Assembly: GCA_045651205.1 (NCBI GenBank)
Contig: JAZRSA010000045.1
Location: 1 to 61,295 of the forward strand
Reading direction: 5' to 3'
DNA from: Clostridia bacterium
Lineage (GTDB): Bacteria; Bacillota; Clostridia; TANB77; CAG-465
DNA: 61,295 nucleotides
A program made the translations under genes and the position numbers. Below are positions 59,427 through 61,295 of the stretch, piece after piece. Below the pieces are notes generated by a model, which was given only the letters and a program-made list of their open reading frames with translations, was not told the DNA's origin and made no database searches. Within the stretch, counting starts at the first letter, position 1, and each line of letters opens with the position of its first letter.

Positions 59427-60692
59427 TTAGTCGTTTGTAATTTCGTATTCAATATTAGCACCAAGTGCTTTAAATTTATCTACGATATTTTCGTAACCAC
59501 GTTCAATGTGGTGTATGTCATATATTTCTGTTGCACCATGAGCAGTAAGACCTGCGATTATCATAGCAGCACCAGCTCTTAAGTCCATTGCTTTAACTGG
59601 AGAACCATAAAGTTCTTTTACACCAGTAAACATCGCTGTTCTATCATGGTAAGAGATAGTAGCACCCATCTTAACAAGTTCTGCTGTATATTGGAAACGA
59701 GATTCCCAAATACTTTCTACTATCATAGAGCTTCCTGTAGCTAGTGTTAAATATGTACCAAATTGTGGTTGCATATCTGTAGGAAATCCTGGGTAAGGTA
59801 GAGTTTTGATGTTTATAGCTTTTGGAGCTTTGTTCATTCTTACTCTAATACTATCTTCGTATTCTATAATTTCTGCACCAGATTCTTCTAGCTTAGCAGA
59901 GATAGGTTCCATATGTTTTGGAATACAGTTTTTAATTAAAACATCACCACGAGTAGCAGCTGCAGCAACCATAAATGTACCAGCTTCAATTTGGTCTGGT
60001 ATGATTGCATAACTTGATGTTTGTTTTAAGCTTTTAACACCAGTAACTTTAATAACATCTGTACCAGCACCTTTAATATTAGCACCAACAGAGTTTAAGA
60101 AGTTGGCTACGTCAACTATGTGTGGTTCTTTAGCACAGTTTTCTATTGTAGTTGTTCCAGGAACAAGAGTAGCTGCAAGTATTGCATTAATTGTTCCACC
60201 AACTGTAACAACATCAAAGAAGATAGAAGATGCTTCTAATTTTTTAGAAGTAGCATAAACATTTCCTCTTTTAACTTCAACTTCTGCACCTAAAGTTTCG
60301 AATGCTTTAATATGTTGATCTATCGGTCTTGCACCAATGTTACATCCGCCAGGTAAGCTTATTTGTGCATTACCAAAACGGCTAAGTAAAGCTCCAAGTA
60401 GATAGTATGATGCTCTAAATTTACTTGTTAAATCATATGGAGCTATTGTTGTATGTATATTTGTATTATCTATTATCATTTCATGTTCAGAAACGTATTC
60501 TATTTTAGAACCTAAGCTTTCTAATATTTTTACGAAAGCACGTATATCTGAAATGTTTGGAACATTCTCTAAATGACATTTACCAGCAACTAAAAGTGTA
60601 GCTGGAAGTATTGCAACTGCTGCATTTTTTGCACCAGAAATTGTAACTTCACCTTCTAGGCGACAAGGCCCATTAACTATAATTTTTTCCAC
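59427..60692 (-). CDS. murA: UDP-N-acetylglucosamine 1-carboxyvinyltransferase
   Basis: SGAKNA, PGGCNIGARPID.H, PGFPTDMQ and DLRAGA motifs. Confidence 0.97.
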   Translation of the reverse strand: MEKIIVNGPCRLEGEVTISGAKNAAVAILPATLLVAGKCHLENVPNISDIRAFVKILESLGSKIEYVSEHEMIIDNTNIHTTIAPYDLTSKFRASYYLLGALLSRFGNAQISLPGGCNIGARPIDQHIKAFETLGAEVEVKRGNVYATSKKLEASSIFFDVVTVGGTINAILAATLVPGTTTIENCAKEPHIVDVANFLNSVGANIKGAGTDVIKVTGVKSLKQTSSYAIIPDQIEAGTFMVAAAATRGDVLIKNCIPKHMEPISAKLEESGAEIIEYEDSIRVRMNKAPKAINIKTLPYPGFPTDMQPQFGTYLTLATGSSMIVESIWESRFQYTAELVKMGATISYHDRTAMFTGVKELYGSPVKAMDLRAGAAMIIAGLTAHGATEIYDIHHIERGYENIVDKFKALGANIEYEITND

Positions 60693-60804
60693 TAAAAAAT
60701 CCCCCTTAAAATATTTTTAGCAATATTTTTTATCTTCTGTCAAGGACAGTATAGCATAAAAACAAGTAAAATACAACCCACAAATAAGTTATATATATGT
60801 ATAT

Positions 60805-61050
60805 TTATTTAATATTTTCATTAAGGTTTTCAGCACTATCTATTTTATTTTTAGATTCTCTTAAACATTTCTTGTTGCTAGATATTAAAGTTTTGCAATT
60901 GTTAGTTGCACTTGTTAAGCAGTTTTCTATTTGGGCAAAAGAGGAAAATATTGCAAGGTTACAGCCACATACATAATGGTTGCAGGGGAGTCTAAAACGG
61001 GGATTTAAACAACAAAGTAGTCTATTAATTAAATTTGTATTGTTTTGCAT
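60805..61050 (-). CDS. small Cys-rich hypothetical protein
   Basis: 81 aa ORF with RBS GAGGTG and 8 Cys. Confidence 0.5.
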   Translation of the reverse strand: MQNNTNLINRLLCCLNPRFRLPCNHYVCGCNLAIFSSFAQIENCLTSATNNCKTLISSNKKCLRESKNKIDSAENLNENIK

Positions 61051-61178
61051 AATGCACCTCTTAATATACGGTTGAATCTTTGTATATTTTATGTATAAAA
61101 ATACTAGATGTTAAATTTATTCGTTGACTATATTTTAGATTTGATATAAACTTAACATATATATAAGAGGGTGAACAA

Positions 61179-61295
61179 ATGAAAATAAAGAATAAAAATG
61201 GTATATCTTTAATAGTTCTAAGTATAACAATACTTGTAATGGCAATACTTGCTGCAACAGTAATAATTGCGTTAGAAGATAGCGGAATAATAGGA
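61179..61295 (+). CDS. type IV pilin-like protein (3'-truncated by window edge)
   Basis: MKIKNKNG|ISLIVLSITILVMAILAATVIIALEDSGIIG, identical to the mature N-terminus of the 48983 gene; RBS gaggg. Confidence 0.85.
   Translation, partial: MKIKNKNGISLIVLSITILVMAILAATVIIALEDSGIIG

Noticed and set aside
1..61295. Antisense and nested ORFs of 60-231 aa in the ORF track (e.g. 50559-51254, 33269-33670, 58148-58651)
   Set aside because: They are shadows of well-supported genes on the opposite strand or frame and show no recognisable motifs.

Overview
Low-GC Clostridia-like (Bacillota) chromosomal segment, mostly housekeeping: smpB, a tagGH/tagF/tagD/tagB teichoic-acid cluster, glyA, topA, tRNA-Lys(CTT), murB, yvcK, ruvC, mfd, prsA, alr, uvrB, abrB, rlmH, walJ and murA. 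No integrase, transposase or CRISPR array was seen. Four accessory signals stand out. (1) A 1.1-kb island (13095-14160) holds three candidate structured RNAs around a phage-like gene interrupted by one in-frame TGA; two of the RNAs have their own sigmaA promoter and terminator. (2) A type IV pilin-like protein is fused to a Hint domain with a Hedgehog-like 'SC' end and a C-terminal tail; a second gene shares its almost identical 5' end. (3) Four stand-alone GC-richer genes each have their own promoter and terminator, and three share a 5' leader motif. (4) A Panacea/PemK-like toxin-antitoxin pair and an orphan PemK-like gene are present. All family calls come from motif recognition by eye, not from database searches.
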